From Coxiellaceae bacterium (GTDB lineage Bacteria > Pseudomonadota > Gammaproteobacteria > JAJRRL01), in the NCBI GenBank assembly GCA_047404195.1, contig JBDOIU010000002.1:3677-67676 (forward strand): a stretch of DNA of 64,000 nt, read 5' to 3'. The notes under the pieces are model-generated. The model was not told the DNA's origin. It made no database searches and saw only the letters and a program-made list of their open reading frames with translations. Made by a program: the position numbers and the translations under genes. Of this stretch, positions 1 to 8,981 are shown in pieces (within the stretch, counting starts at the first letter, position 1; every line of letters begins with the position of its first letter).

Positions 1-2886
1 GATGCCAGTGAAAAGCAGCGATTGTTACAGCTATTGAATGACAACGCTGTCCAAGAATCCATGTCCTCCAAGCACCAGAAAAAGTGCAATGATATGTTGC
101 AGTCACTGATTAATGAGAGGCCAGAGGCTTGTCTTGAGTTGGTTTCATTGCCATGTAATCACTATAGATCAACGATACAACAAATCGTGCTAAACAAATG
201 TCAAGAAAATAATGGTGGGTCAATCACTGAGGAGCTGGCTAAGCTGGCATGTCACCGCGAAGTTTTTTCTATCTTTCCGGATCCAGCACAACAAAATGTG
301 ACGACAGAACTGAATGCAGTGATACGTGGCAGCAGGCGTATTCGTGTTGTCTTTGGAGAAACATCAGTAAAGTTGAACCAACACGTCAAAACATCAGATA
401 CGATAACCCAGGTTGGAGGAAAGTGTCACCCAAGCCAGCGATTCATCATTAACAACATCGCAGAGCTATGTAAGGAAAATAATTTTGAACTTCACCAGAC
501 GCGACTGGATGATATCTTGCAGCGGATACAACGCAAAGAAGTAGGCTTCCCTCTAGGCGCGTTGCTATATTTAAACCGTGTTAAGGGCTTTAGTGTTCGC
601 GACTTTTACCGAGTTTATAAAACACAGCGAAAGCCTCTGCAAGAAAACACCATGCCAATTTTAATTGCTTGCTTACAGTCTTTGGTTGAACAGCTTGATA
701 GCAATGACTATCAAGATACCAGCAGAACATCTAGTATCAGCATGTTGTTTGCCGTGACCAACGACATCATGCGTCAGCACTATCGTGATTTCAATGATCA
801 AACCAAGGTGTCTTATGCGAAGATGGTCATGAATCTGCTGCAGAAAATGAGCGATAATAATTGTCTATTGCAAAAGCAGAAAGTATTGGCGGCACGACTG
901 GTGCGTAAGATCTCAAAACATCTATCAGACACGGATAAAACATCAGCAAAGATGGAGGATATCATTTGTGGCTTATGTGAGAAGGAAGATTATGGTTTGT
1001 TGAAGACGGAGAAGCGTGCACAGGACCTGTATTATACGACATTTAAAAAACTGATTGATAGCCAAGATAGCCCAATAAGAAAACCACAGCAGATTGCTGT
1101 GCTGAGTAGGGGTATAGATACGCACGCTCTTGCTTCTGAGTACACTCGTCATCTCCCTGAGACAAAACGCATGATCGTGAGTGCTGCAAAACGTGCCCCA
1201 CAAAGACTAAAATCGCCCTTGCACCAAGATGTCATCGGAGCACTATCGCCGTTAGAGAAAAAGCGTGCCATACGCGCACAGCTTTCTAAAAACCCATATG
1301 AAATTGATTGGCCGTTAGTGATTTCCTTGGGAGAAGATAAATATCTGTTATCACGTATCAGGAAGCGTGTACGAGCCGATATATTTTGGTCTAAGAATCA
1401 GCCATCCCATAGTCTGAATAGTTTGTATAATGCCAATATTGATTCAAGTGTAAAAGCAGGCATATTGAGTCGTCTTGTAACAACGCTGCTGAAAAAAAGC
1501 TGGTTTAATAAAACCAAAACCAAGCTGTTATGGCAGTTTTTAGGGAAGCGTATACTGCCCCAATTGAGTGACAAGGCATTGACGGTTATGGGGCAACAAT
1601 GTGCTCGTGTTGCCAGTGGGCGTGGGTCGGCATTGGCGTTCACTGACGGAGAAGGTGGATTATTCGACTTCAGCTCAGAAGTAAACCAGCGACAATTGCG
1701 GACATTGCTAGACGCTTACGATCGAATCAATCCCAGACGCATGAATAATCGCATGCTACAAGCGCTATTTGACAATGTTGATGTTGCACCATTGTTAAGG
1801 AACCCTTCTCGCGATAGCTTAATAGAGCCACTACTAGCAGAGTCTCAGCGCGCCATACCTGAAGGCAGAAGCAGTCATCGCTTTCGCTCCTCCTCGGTTT
1901 CTACGATTAGCCAACACAGTCATGATACGCTGTCGGATGCTGCAGTGGAAGGCGGCCTGGCTGATATTGATATTCCTCCACTGAATGTTGGGCCAGGAAA
2001 AAGATCACGAGCCAAGTCTATGATGAGTAAGGCTGGTCGTGAAGTCATACCTTCTGATGATGATGGGTTGTCGCATCCATTGTTGCCAGCATGTCCGCGT
2101 AGCCAGTCTGAAAGTGTAAGAAGACATCGATCTCGATCATCCTTTCTTTCTGTTGATAGCCAGCGACGCCCTGAGAATGTGTGGGGTATTGATGATCTAG
2201 TAGAGGGAGGCGACTTTGTAGCTGGAGTAAAGACCAATAGTGAAGTCAGAGATGCTTCTCCATTGAGAGCAGGATCAGAAAGAAGCTTGAGTGCTGATTT
2301 TAGGGTCAGCGAGGGTGATCGTGTAGTCCTACCATCTCACAGAGCACAGACGGCACAGATTGTGAAAGTCCTACAGGCTTATTACGTTGACACTAAAAGT
2401 GATTTGCAGCATTACGAGCAGATGTACGGAGTAGAAGTGAAGCAACATGTGCGGGCACACACACCTTTGGCACGCACATCATTCATGTCGTCTCATCACC
2501 CCGTTGATGGATCAAGTTCGCCATCGTTATCAGAAAGACCACCACGAGATATGCGAGATGTTCACACAGAAGTGGTGATGCCGGTATGTAAAAAGCCAGT
2601 TCCAGAGTCAGCAGATTCTGCGAGCAAGCCAAATAAAGCACTCTCTGTATACTTTAATAAGCGGGGCGGAATTCGACACATATCAGGTCAAAAAACCATG
2701 ACTAACGAGGGTATAAACGCATTGATTCGGTCATTATTAGCAGCCGGGCATAAACGATTGCGGATATTCAGTAACGAGTTTGAGCCCAGTACTTTAGCTG
2801 ACATTAAAATGGCGCTATTGCGTAACAACATTCAAGCGGTTGACTCAGAGCGCCCTCGGGTGGTGAGGCCACGTATGGGTTGCTGA
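1..2886 (+). CDS. large hypothetical protein, 5' end upstream of window; paralog of the C-terminal half of 3114..7076; candidate secreted effector
   Basis: Frame 1 is open from nt 1 (DASEKQRLLQLLNDNA). This stretch before the TTG start still aligns with DQSSKQEIRLLQLFNDDA in the next ORF, so the gene starts outside the window. Shared blocks: VKGFSVRDFYRVYKTQRKPLQENTMPILIACLQ vs VKGFNVSHCYALYRMQRKPLKESVMPIFIASLQ; LLKTEKRAQDLYY vs LLKTDRHAQDLYY; KRAPQRLKSPLH vs ERAPHKLRSPLH. No enzymatic motif recognised. Confidence 0.7.
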   Translation, partial: DASEKQRLLQLLNDNAVQESMSSKHQKKCNDMLQSLINERPEACLELVSLPCNHYRSTIQQIVLNKCQENNGGSITEELAKLACHREVFSIFPDPAQQNVTTELNAVIRGSRRIRVVFGETSVKLNQHVKTSDTITQVGGKCHPSQRFIINNIAELCKENNFELHQTRLDDILQRIQRKEVGFPLGALLYLNRVKGFSVRDFYRVYKTQRKPLQENTMPILIACLQSLVEQLDSNDYQDTSRTSSISMLFAVTNDIMRQHYRDFNDQTKVSYAKMVMNLLQKMSDNNCLLQKQKVLAARLVRKISKHLSDTDKTSAKMEDIICGLCEKEDYGLLKTEKRAQDLYYTTFKKLIDSQDSPIRKPQQIAVLSRGIDTHALASEYTRHLPETKRMIVSAAKRAPQRLKSPLHQDVIGALSPLEKKRAIRAQLSKNPYEIDWPLVISLGEDKYLLSRIRKRVRADIFWSKNQPSHSLNSLYNANIDSSVKAGILSRLVTTLLKKSWFNKTKTKLLWQFLGKRILPQLSDKALTVMGQQCARVASGRGSALAFTDGEGGLFDFSSEVNQRQLRTLLDAYDRINPRRMNNRMLQALFDNVDVAPLLRNPSRDSLIEPLLAESQRAIPEGRSSHRFRSSSVSTISQHSHDTLSDAAVEGGLADIDIPPLNVGPGKRSRAKSMMSKAGREVIPSDDDGLSHPLLPACPRSQSESVRRHRSRSSFLSVDSQRRPENVWGIDDLVEGGDFVAGVKTNSEVRDASPLRAGSERSLSADFRVSEGDRVVLPSHRAQTAQIVKVLQAYYVDTKSDLQHYEQMYGVEVKQHVRAHTPLARTSFMSSHHPVDGSSSPSLSERPPRDMRDVHTEVVMPVCKKPVPESADSASKPNKALSVYFNKRGGIRHISGQKTMTNEGINALIRSLLAAGHKRLRIFSNEFEPSTLADIKMALLRNNIQAVDSERPRVVRPRMGC

Positions 2887-3113
2887 TACCCTAATTGTTC
2901 ATGAATTCAAGCACTTAGATGGTAATGCATCGCTAAAGCGATGGTGTCGGTATACCATTGTTATACATATGTCGATATTGTAGATATTGCTGGGCAGCGA
3001 TCAGTGTTGCTGTTATTTGGGTTCTTGCGTTGAGGGGTGTGTCTAGCGCTGTCAGTGCAGAATTGTACTATAATTAATATACTCAATGCCGCACGTTAGA
3101 GAGTGAGAACATC

Positions 3114-6100
3114 ATGAAGCCTAGCACAGCAAATAATTCAACAGATGTTGGCTCAAGCAGTACAGCTACCATCAATGAATTACTAGAACGAATGGCTTCA
3201 GATCAGGACACAGTGACGTTTACACAAAGGAGACTGCCAGGTTCGCCAGAGTGGCATTTGTTCGCGACAGCCAAAGCATCAGGGGAAAGTGGTGCGACTA
3301 AGCATTATGCTGTGAGCCAGCATTTGGCAAAAGCAAATTTAGACAAGCTATCAGTGCCCGAAAAACTTTATAGTAAAGTGGGTCAGGAATTAAAAAATGA
3401 CGGCGCTGATTATGATGCTGATTTAATGCAGCGCTTTGCATCTTTTCGGAGAAAGGATAAAAGTTTAGACAAAGTGGACCCATTGCAAGATAAGTCAGCC
3501 ATCCAAGTAATGGCGCTCAATCAGTGGGCTTATGAGCCTCCCAGCCGGTTTGATAAGAAAGATCGGCAACGGAAAAAACCATTTTTCAACTATCAGCAGG
3601 TGAATGGCTTGTATCGCTCAAACAAACAATTTCCCGCAGGTTCGTTAGAAAATGTTTTTTTATCAGCGGTGGTTGTTACGGATGCAATCAATGCTTTTTC
3701 TCGCACATCAAAAGAAGAGCGCTATCAGTTTACAACGCGACATGATGATAAGTCATGGGCGCCAGATGAGCATCAGGGAAGTTACTCAACGCGAGGCCCT
3801 GCATCTGTTTCGAACGGGCTGGGTGATAAAAAGTCATCAGCGTTTACAGGGCAGAAGAAAAAAACTATTTTCATTGATCCTGAGGGCGTTGCAATTGCTG
3901 CATTTAGCCCATTCCCGCATGAGGAAGAACGACTAACACCTCCAAATAAAACCTATATACCAATGACACTCGCAAAGGCTGAAAAAGCGCTGGGTCAAAG
4001 CCTTCGAAGCCAGTTGCGAGGAGGAAGAATCAGTGCTAATGAAGTCGTCTGGGTTGATGCTGCTAGAATAAAGCAAGGACGTAATAGTAAGCCCTATGAG
4101 TCTTGGAAAACATACCTCACTGGCGAGAAAAATGAGGATAAAAGTCGATCGAAGGCAGATGCAGCTATGATTGTTGCTCATTCCAATTCAAAGATAGAAG
4201 TGGCTACTACCGTTATTGAAGCAGATAAAAAAATTCAAAATGCTTGGAGTGAACTTATTGGTCACATGTCAAAGTTTGGTTCCAATGGCGGAGAATCACA
4301 CGGTAATAGTTCAAAAAAATGGGGTAAGTATTTGCCTCAACAGGGGGCTCAAGATGGTCAAGTTAGAGCGCAACGGGGCAGTGTGGAGGAAACCCCAAAT
4401 TGGTACGTTGTGACAGCATTTAAAGCAGGTTACGATTTACCGCATTGGCAATATTTTCGGGCGTTTCTTCCTGAAGAGGCATCACACCCAACAGACGAGC
4501 AGTTGTTAGAAGCCGTGTCACTTGGTTTATTGGCAATGCCTGATAGTGTGACAGAACAAGAGCAGAACGCCTTGGGTAATATCATATGCTTGCCCGGTAG
4601 TGCAGTGAAATCTGACCAGGCGATACAGGTATTGAACAGTGGTTATGCCAATAATATACCGAAAGATATTCTGCTAAAGCTAGCACAGACCGCCCTTAAA
4701 GGCAGCAGCAAATCAAAATTAAATTGTTCGGCATTGACGACACTGTCAACCATTGATGTTGATGGTTCGCTCAAAGATAGTCTTAAGATGGAAGTAGGCC
4801 GTTTATTAAAAAATAGGGAAGTGCCACTGTCCGAAGCATCATCTCAATCATATGTAAAAGATGTGTTTCATCAGTGCCTGGATCAACTGCCAGAAGGCAG
4901 TGAGAAAAAGCCACACTTCGCACACTCCCCACTGTTTGAGCGTCTTGATGCTGCAACAAGTAAAAAAGTCAGTGATCACTGGGCGAAAAAAATGAATTCC
5001 TATCTTTCTGAAAAACCTACTGGGTACACAAAAGCAAGGCAAAGAGACAAGGAAGATAAGGACTTTGAACGATTTTTTGCATCAGATGCGGTGCCTGCAA
5101 AAGACATTCTTGAGCGGATGTGGAATGTTGGAAACATGGATCAGTCAAGCAAGCAAGAGATCCGCTTATTACAGTTATTTAATGATGATGCAATCATAAA
5201 AAAATTAACGTCAAATACGAATACTGGTTCATCTCGCACCACCAGTGGAAATAATACTGCAACCGTGTTAAAGCAGATGGCTGAAAGAATAAAATCAATT
5301 GTTACCGGAGATGACCCTCAGCAGTGTTTGGATTTGGTTGATATGCCTTGCCAGGAAAGCATGAAAGCAATTGTTTTGGCTGTTGATGATAAGATGGGAA
5401 AGGGCACACATGATAATGAAAAGTTGATACAGCTGGCGTCACATAAAAATGTTTATAGCAATCTGAGCGATGATGTACAAAAAAAAGTAAACGCTGCAAT
5501 TGCTAAAAACCCAAAAATGATTTGCAGGGAAACATCACCATCATGCTTGGATCTCAATCAATTGATCCTAAATGAAAGCTCGGCACATCTTGATTTTATA
5601 GCAAACAACATAGGTGGTCTTCTCAAAAAAGAACCTGATTTTAGTATGACTGGTCTGCAGGCTAAGGGCATTGTGTCTCGTATGGGTGATGAGAAAAACA
5701 AGGATTATCAGTTGGGATTGTTACATTCATTGGTGCAGGTTAAGGGATTCAATGTCAGTCATTGTTATGCTCTCTATCGTATGCAGCGTAAGCCTCTGAA
5801 AGAAAGTGTTATGCCTATCTTCATAGCAAGTCTTCAGCAAAAAATTAAACAAGATGTTAATATACATGATGTCTCTGCCCTGTTCAAGATGACTGGAGAC
5901 ATCATGCGAACGCAATTTAAGGACTTTAATGCTACAACGAAGCATGCCTATGTTGACATGGTTTCTTCCCTGGTGACAGGAATCACGAAGAGTCATCCTA
6001 AAAAAGCAAAAGTACTTGCAAGCCGCTTACTGTGCAAAATATCAAAGCACATGGTAGTGGCTGACAGCCAAAATGACACGTTGAAAAAAACAGTGAGAAC

Positions 6101-7076
6101 TCTTTGCAGTGACACGAAACTCAACTTATTGAAGACCGATAGGCATGCTCAGGACTTGTATTATGGGGCCTGCGGAATGCAATTTCCGGAGACTATGAGC
6201 CAGAATCAGCAGATGAAAGTGTTGCGACGCAATATTGGTTTATTTGCTTCTACAGCAGGATTGAGTGCCCACCCTTCAAGTCATGCTAACATTGTGTTGC
6301 TTGCAGAGCGTGCGCCGCATAAACTGCGATCACCGCTACATACCAAGGTTTCTAAGGGTCTAAGCGTCGCAGCAAAAAAGCGAGTTATTCGGTCACAGTT
6401 ACTTGGAAAAAAAGGAAAAACAGACTGGGAGTTGGTTAAATCGGTGGTAGGCATGGATCGAGGTTTAATGACCTATCTCACTACAGAGGTTAGAAAAAAA
6501 GTACAAGTCAGGTTGTTTTGGGGAAAGGATAAGCCATATGAGGCATTAGATGAGTTGGTTAGTGCGAAGATGAGCAGTGATATTATCAGTAGCCTTGCGT
6601 TAGATTTGCTTAGAAAGGCTCCAGATAAACACGCACAGGCTAGACTGTGTCAACGTTTGCTTGCAAAAGATATACTGCCTAATCTAAGCGTCGATGCAAA
6701 GCAGCAAATACTCACTGAGTTGAGTCAAATACAAAGTGGTACAGGTATTCAGATCATGCTCTCAGATGATCAGCATAATCTGAGAGATATCAGTGCGTTA
6801 TGTGAAGAGAGGAGGCAGAATGGCAGCATGGGTGTTCCACAAACGTTGGCTGATGATGTACGGGCCTTATCAAAGAGCGCGGCATTGGTCAAGAAAAGGC
6901 CAGCTGCCTTAGTGAGTCGGGCCAAGTCAGTAGATCATACAGCGCAAAAGCTGGCTTCTCAGTCAGATCGTCCCAATAAATTACGATCAAAGCCAAATGT
7001 TAAGGCACCGATAAATCCTCAACCTGACCCTGACCCTGAATCGGATCAAGCTGATAATACAGGGCCCAAGCATTAG
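3114..7076 (+). CDS. large hypothetical protein (1320 aa); unique N-terminal ~675 aa plus C-terminal module paralogous to 1..2886
   Basis: Long uninterrupted ORF. ATG is preceded by GAGAGTGAGAA and an upstream TACTATAAT -10-like element. The paralogous module begins near nt 5139. The C-terminal tail is Pro/Asp-rich (PQPDPDPESDQ). Confidence 0.75.
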   Translation: MKPSTANNSTDVGSSSTATINELLERMASDQDTVTFTQRRLPGSPEWHLFATAKASGESGATKHYAVSQHLAKANLDKLSVPEKLYSKVGQELKNDGADYDADLMQRFASFRRKDKSLDKVDPLQDKSAIQVMALNQWAYEPPSRFDKKDRQRKKPFFNYQQVNGLYRSNKQFPAGSLENVFLSAVVVTDAINAFSRTSKEERYQFTTRHDDKSWAPDEHQGSYSTRGPASVSNGLGDKKSSAFTGQKKKTIFIDPEGVAIAAFSPFPHEEERLTPPNKTYIPMTLAKAEKALGQSLRSQLRGGRISANEVVWVDAARIKQGRNSKPYESWKTYLTGEKNEDKSRSKADAAMIVAHSNSKIEVATTVIEADKKIQNAWSELIGHMSKFGSNGGESHGNSSKKWGKYLPQQGAQDGQVRAQRGSVEETPNWYVVTAFKAGYDLPHWQYFRAFLPEEASHPTDEQLLEAVSLGLLAMPDSVTEQEQNALGNIICLPGSAVKSDQAIQVLNSGYANNIPKDILLKLAQTALKGSSKSKLNCSALTTLSTIDVDGSLKDSLKMEVGRLLKNREVPLSEASSQSYVKDVFHQCLDQLPEGSEKKPHFAHSPLFERLDAATSKKVSDHWAKKMNSYLSEKPTGYTKARQRDKEDKDFERFFASDAVPAKDILERMWNVGNMDQSSKQEIRLLQLFNDDAIIKKLTSNTNTGSSRTTSGNNTATVLKQMAERIKSIVTGDDPQQCLDLVDMPCQESMKAIVLAVDDKMGKGTHDNEKLIQLASHKNVYSNLSDDVQKKVNAAIAKNPKMICRETSPSCLDLNQLILNESSAHLDFIANNIGGLLKKEPDFSMTGLQAKGIVSRMGDEKNKDYQLGLLHSLVQVKGFNVSHCYALYRMQRKPLKESVMPIFIASLQQKIKQDVNIHDVSALFKMTGDIMRTQFKDFNATTKHAYVDMVSSLVTGITKSHPKKAKVLASRLLCKISKHMVVADSQNDTLKKTVRTLCSDTKLNLLKTDRHAQDLYYGACGMQFPETMSQNQQMKVLRRNIGLFASTAGLSAHPSSHANIVLLAERAPHKLRSPLHTKVSKGLSVAAKKRVIRSQLLGKKGKTDWELVKSVVGMDRGLMTYLTTEVRKKVQVRLFWGKDKPYEALDELVSAKMSSDIISSLALDLLRKAPDKHAQARLCQRLLAKDILPNLSVDAKQQILTELSQIQSGTGIQIMLSDDQHNLRDISALCEERRQNGSMGVPQTLADDVRALSKSAALVKKRPAALVSRAKSVDHTAQKLASQSDRPNKLRSKPNVKAPINPQPDPDPESDQADNTGPKH

Positions 7077-7158
7077 CGTTAGACCAAAAATCACGGTATA
7101 CTTTGGGGCATGTCGTCAAGTATAATGGCAAATAGCATCACTGATTGAGGAATGATAG

Positions 7159-8961
7159 ATGTGTGGAATTTTTGGACTACGTGGTTCTGATAAGGCACCT
7201 GCAGAGGTTGCCATTGGTTTGAGAGATCTTTCTTACCGTGGGTATGATTCATGGGGAATTGTCAGCCATGATGGGAAGCGTTTTCATTGTCAGCGTCAAG
7301 TAGGCTTGGTGCCAGACAATCCTGACCTGAAAAGCCAAAGCTGCCGCATGGCCATGGGACATACACGCTGGAGCACGCATGGTGAGCCGGCAGTGCGCAA
7401 TGCGCATCCACACATGAGTGACAGTGGAGACATCGCTGTTATCCACAATGGTATCATCGAAAATGACAAAAAATTGCGTCGGATGTTGCCAGATGTGACT
7501 TTTCGCTCAGAAACAGATACGGAAGTAATTGCACATATGCTGCAGTCAGCAGTTGACCAGGGGCATTCACTGCAACAAGCCGTCTGGCAAACGGCAGAGC
7601 AACTCGATGGCCGGTTTGCCATTGTGGTGATGCAGCAATCGACAGGAGAGATGCTGGCCATTGCGAATGGATCACCGCTGGTGGCAGCGCAATCCGGATC
7701 GCGGCAATGGGTGTCTTCAGATACATATGCGTTATCCAGGCACAGTGAGACTGCAATCAGAATACCCGATATGCATTTGCTGGTCTGTCAGGAGTCAGGC
7801 ATGCAGTTGCTTGATATGAATGGACAGATAGTTGCGCTGCAGGAAGAACCCATACAGCACCGTTACGAGCAAAGTACGCGTGGTCAATATAAACACTTCA
7901 TGCGTAAAGAAATAGATGACCAGGTCACAGTATTAGCTGATTGTCTCAGCGTATGTGCTGTCGAAAACTGGCTATCACTGGTCGTGCGTGAGCGATTACA
8001 GCATGGTCATCGTATTGTTTTGCTGGGCTGTGGTACGAGCTGGCATGCTGCTTTAGTGGCTGAATATTGGTTGGAGAAATATTTGCGTATTCCCGTGGAG
8101 GTTGAGTACGCTTCAGAGTTTCGTTACCGTGATCCAGTGATCACGAACCAGGATATCGTCATTGCGCTCAGTCAAAGTGGTGAGACTGCCGATACCAATG
8201 CGGCAGTGAGCATTGCGAAAGAAAAAGGTGCGATGATTTTAGCCATTTGTAATCAACCGGGCAGTGCGTTAACACGCTTAGCCGACGATACCATTTACAT
8301 GCGCTCAGGTATGGAAGTGGGTGTTGCGGCGACGAAAACTTTTACGACTCAGCTGTTGGTGTTGTATCAACTGACATTGCTCCTGGCGCAGGATCGTACA
8401 TTGATTACTGAAACATTCGCTCAAGAACAGGGTGTGTTGATGCGAGAACTGCCTGCGGTGATTGCACAACAAATTCAAGACTGTGATGCCATGGCGCAGG
8501 CGATTGCAAGAATTTATCAGTCATCTAGCCATGCCCTGTATTTGGGTCGAGGCCTGCAGTTCCCAATGGCGCTAGAAGGTGCGCTTAAGCTGAAAGAGGT
8601 ATCCTACATTCATGCCGAAGGTTATCCAGCTGCAGAGATGAAGCATGGCCCTATTGCACTCATCGACGAGAACATGCCGGTGTTTGTCATTGCGACTAAG
8701 GACCATACCTATGAAAAAGTCATTGCCAATATTGCAGAGGTGAAAACGCGTAAAGCACGTGTCATTGTGATAGGTCATGATAAAGACGAGGCATTGCAGG
8801 GTTTGGCAGAGCATTTTATCACTGTGCCTGACTACCACACCGATTTAATGCCGCTGCTGACAGCGATACCATTGCAGCTACTGGCGTATTACATGGCGGA
8901 CTTTCGAGGCTGCGATGTAGATAAGCCGCGTAATTTAGCAAAATCCGTCACTGTAGAGTAG
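7159..8961 (+). CDS. glmS: glutamine--fructose-6-phosphate aminotransferase (isomerizing)
   Basis: N-terminal MCGIFG (catalytic Cys2 of Ntn amidotransferases). Two SIS-domain motifs (GCGTSWHA, SQSGETADT). C-terminal NLAKSVTVE ending is typical of GlmS. 600 aa. Confidence 0.97.
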   Translation: MCGIFGLRGSDKAPAEVAIGLRDLSYRGYDSWGIVSHDGKRFHCQRQVGLVPDNPDLKSQSCRMAMGHTRWSTHGEPAVRNAHPHMSDSGDIAVIHNGIIENDKKLRRMLPDVTFRSETDTEVIAHMLQSAVDQGHSLQQAVWQTAEQLDGRFAIVVMQQSTGEMLAIANGSPLVAAQSGSRQWVSSDTYALSRHSETAIRIPDMHLLVCQESGMQLLDMNGQIVALQEEPIQHRYEQSTRGQYKHFMRKEIDDQVTVLADCLSVCAVENWLSLVVRERLQHGHRIVLLGCGTSWHAALVAEYWLEKYLRIPVEVEYASEFRYRDPVITNQDIVIALSQSGETADTNAAVSIAKEKGAMILAICNQPGSALTRLADDTIYMRSGMEVGVAATKTFTTQLLVLYQLTLLLAQDRTLITETFAQEQGVLMRELPAVIAQQIQDCDAMAQAIARIYQSSSHALYLGRGLQFPMALEGALKLKEVSYIHAEGYPAAEMKHGPIALIDENMPVFVIATKDHTYEKVIANIAEVKTRKARVIVIGHDKDEALQGLAEHFITVPDYHTDLMPLLTAIPLQLLAYYMADFRGCDVDKPRNLAKSVTVE

Positions 8962-8981
8962 AGACATTAAGGAATGAGCAT

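Noticed and set aside
7077-7158. glmS ribozyme or other riboswitch upstream of glmS
   Set aside because: Only 82 nt of leader are present, containing a TATAAT-like promoter. That is too short and shows no resemblance to the glmS ribozyme core, which is mainly a Gram-positive feature.
7249-7756. Antisense and overlapping ORFs inside glmS. Similar ORFs occur inside gyrB, mshE, mshL, cyoB, ftsE/X, rpoH and the large hypothetical genes.
   Set aside because: They lie entirely within strongly supported genes on the opposite strand or in another frame. They lack RBS and motifs and have skewed composition. They are typical spurious ORFs.
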